From Pseudogymnoascus verrucosus (Eukaryota), in assembly GCA_001662655.1 (NCBI GenBank), contig KV460274.1: a DNA stretch of 64,000 bases. One strand, written 5' to 3'. Positions within the stretch are counted from its first letter, which is position 1. Each line of letters starts with the position of its first letter. Below the pieces are notes generated by a model that worked only from the letters and a program-made list of their open reading frames with translations, made no database searches and was not told the origin of the DNA. Below are positions 61,555-64,000 of this stretch, one piece after another. The translations under genes were made by a program, and so were the position numbers.

Positions 61555-62952
61555 ATGTCCGCCAGAGCCGGACATCATTTCTGGAGAATGTCGCAAGGAA
61601 AGATTGCGGAAGGAGTCTTTGGTTGGTCTTTGTCTGGATATTTCCTTTGAAACGACGGCTAACAACCACCAGCACTACACAAACCTACCGGAATTACTTC
61701 AGCAGGCGTAATTAGGGAACTACAAAGAAATTTCGATTCTTCCAATCTATTTCAGCCGCTACTTGATGCCCAAAGGGCCGCGATCGAGAAAGAATCGCAT
61801 AATCAAAAACGAAAGCGCAGGAACAAGAAGATCAGTGTTAAGACCGGTCATGGAGGAACTCTAGATCCTATGGCAACAGGAGTCCTGACAATCGGAATTG
61901 GCAAAGGCACCAAAGTTCTTCAGAGCTTCATTGACAGCACGAAGACATACGATACCGTCGTACTTTTCGGGGCTCAAACTGATACCTACGATCGAGAGGG
62001 CAAGATATTGAAGCGTGGGCCATATGGCCATATTACGAAAGAGATTGTCGAGAAGGCCTTATCACAATACAGAGGCAAAATTATGCAATTGCCGCCGCTA
62101 TACTCCGCATTAAAGATGAATGGCAAGCCGTTATACGAATATGCGCGTGAAGGAAAGGAGTTGCCAAGAGAAATCCAAAAAAGGGCGGTTGAAGTCAAGG
62201 AACTTGAAATGTTGGAGTTCATGCCAGGCGGAACTCATGAGCACAAACTTCCTACCGAAGAGGCTGGGTCGGCAGAAGTAGATGTTGCCGAGAGGTTATG
62301 GAAGTTAGAAAGGGAGCAGGAGACTACTACCGATGGCTCCGCAACTTCACCATCCGCGAAAAAGCGAAAGGTTGACGAGAGTCAAGACAACTTAGTGACC
62401 GGACCCCAGGGAACAAAACGACGAGGCTCTATATCAGCAGAGGGCGAGTCTGTCAAGATGTCTGGGGCACTGCCCACTGAGCAAGCTGGAGCAGAGAGCC
62501 AATCGGCAGACGCACCGCAGGTTGGACCACCGGCTGTCAGGTTAAGGATGACAGTCACGTCAGGGTTTTATGTCAGGTCCTTATGCCATGATCTCGGCGA
62601 AGCTGTTGGATCTCAAGCAATCATGGCTGAACTTGTTAGGACAAGACAAGGTCAGTTTGAGCTAGGGAAGAACGTCCTTGAATACGAGGACCTCGCGAAG
62701 GGCGAAGAGGTATGGGGCCCACAAGTCTCCAAGATGCTCGATGAGTGGTCTGGAGAATACAGGCCTTTTGCCGGGTCGAATGCAGAGAGCAACATTGCGA
62801 CTGAGCAGAAGCCCGTTGCGCCCACCGAACTGGCGGCTGCACCAGCGGCTGCACCAGCTGTTGCACCTGTGGAGGCGGCTGAGGAAAAGCCAGCTGCATC
62901 CACTGAGCCAACGGTTGATTCTGTAGAGACGGCTAAAGCCGAGGCTGTGTAG
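61555..62952 (+). CDS. PUS4: tRNA pseudouridine-55 synthase (TruB family)
   Basis: Intron 61622-61672 gives GVFALHKPTGITSA. Motifs KTGHGGTLDPMATGVL, QLPPLYSALKMNGKPLYEYAREG, SGFYVRSLCHDLG. Confidence 0.93.
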
Positions 62953-63288
62953 TATGCATATGGTTGCTCATAAAGCTGCTCATATTTAGCCATCACCTTC
63001 CATTAGAGGTGACTTGTTTGTGACTTTTAAAGTCGTGTATTAATAAATAACTACTTAATTGAGCTGGTTCTCCTATGATGATGCTGTGCGTTTCTAAAAC
63101 TATAAGGTGGTATAACAAACATAGCGCGCTTTTGTGTCCAGGATCTACGGATCCAATAGCCCAAGCCCAGACCCAAGTAATGCTTCCCTTCCAGTGACCA
63201 CAACAACCTACCACAAATCTTCGACCAGGTCTCACCTATTCAACCGGGCTATAATGTTGCAACAAAGCGCCTGTGAAGCATAGAGCCA

Positions 63289-64000
63289 TCACTTATCCCC
63301 TTGTGTGGCAAGGAGTCCCCTCACCCGTTCAATTCTCCCCATTGCTCCCTCAAGCCGCTCTAACCTCTTTCTCTTTTCTACATCTCTCCGCTCAAGCACT
63401 GCAACGCGTTCCTCTAATTTCGCTCGGGCCTTCCGCTCTGTTGCCACCATTTCGTTTGCCTGCTCAAACAGTTGCTGGCTTAACTCTTCCAGTTCTCCAC
63501 TCGCTTCGTCTAGCTTCCCTTCCGCCTGTTGCCGTAAGACCTGCTCTCGGCTCAGTGCAGCGGCGAGGTCCCGCTCAGATGTGGTAGTGGAGGGTAGAGG
63601 TGGCTGTTGACCGAGATTAGGTACTGATTTGCGAGAGGTGAGGAAGGATGAGAGCCTGTTCTGTATCGCGGCTGGCGGGGTGCTGGTGCGCGCTATTTCT
63701 TGCGATGCACACTGCTGGCGCATCATCTGGAGTTCGTCTTCATAGTCTGCCCATCTGTCCACTACAATAGAGTAAGTAAGTCGACACCATGGTAAAGTAG
63801 CTAAGTGAGGGGAAAGAGAAGTCGCAACGAACCAGCAGCAGTAGCCTTTTGGGTCAGAAGGCGGACTTGTGCCTGAAGATCTTCGATTTGTCGCTGTGCA
63901 TCAAGTGCTAGGCGTGATGAGTCCAAAGAGACTCCAGAACCACAATTTGGACAGGATAATTGGTGTTCCGTGTCAGCCAGCTGTGGGGCTACCGGTAACG
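63289..64000 (-). CDS. Sec2-like coiled-coil (Rab GEF N-terminal domain-like) protein, 5' end outside window
   Basis: ELEELSQQLFEQANEMVATERKAR motif; intron 63762-63832 joins QAQVRLLTQKATAAV|DRWADYE; upstream CPNCG. Confidence 0.75.

Noticed and set aside
1..64000. Stop-codon readthrough to peroxisomal targeting signals
   Set aside because: The stop contexts I checked lack TGA-CTA and give no in-frame SKL-like extension.

Overview
Eukaryotic (filamentous ascomycete, Pezizomycotina) chromosomal DNA with short GT-AG introns and CTRAC/CTAAY branch points. A Leotiomycete such as Pseudogymnoascus is my impression only and is not demonstrated. I can support about 25 protein-coding genes, mostly conserved housekeeping: PTM1-like 7TM (partial), NCS2/CTU2, RPC53, a Tim17-like membrane protein, a Zn2Cys6 factor, a B-type cyclin, the EF-hand aspartate/glutamate carrier, a GH78 rhamnosidase, aprataxin HNT3, a DHX57-like helicase, an F-box-like hypothetical, cystinosin, MGM1, DUG3, a ZRG17-like CDF transporter, a PIG-Y-domain protein, a 2EXR protein, EBP2, SamB/MUB1, TUL1, an HSBP1-like micro-gene, PDI tigA, MKT1, an RFTS-domain (DIM-7/Raf2-like) protein, PUS4 and a Sec2-like coiled-coil protein (partial). 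There is one 23-N assembly gap, inside RPC53. I recognised no rRNA, tRNA, CRISPR array or intact transposon, and no convincing novel multi-gene system. The best leads are cis-elements and small oddities: a 4x tandem motif plus a Kozak-context start-stop uORF before the cystinosin gene, CYS-3/MetR-type sites before DUG3, a forkhead-site cluster before the cyclin, an accessory 2EXR island with a 68-69 bp tandem repeat carrying transition mutations, perfect intergenic hairpins (one Helitron-end-like), and dual ATGs in PUS4. All family calls come from motif recognition, not from database searches.
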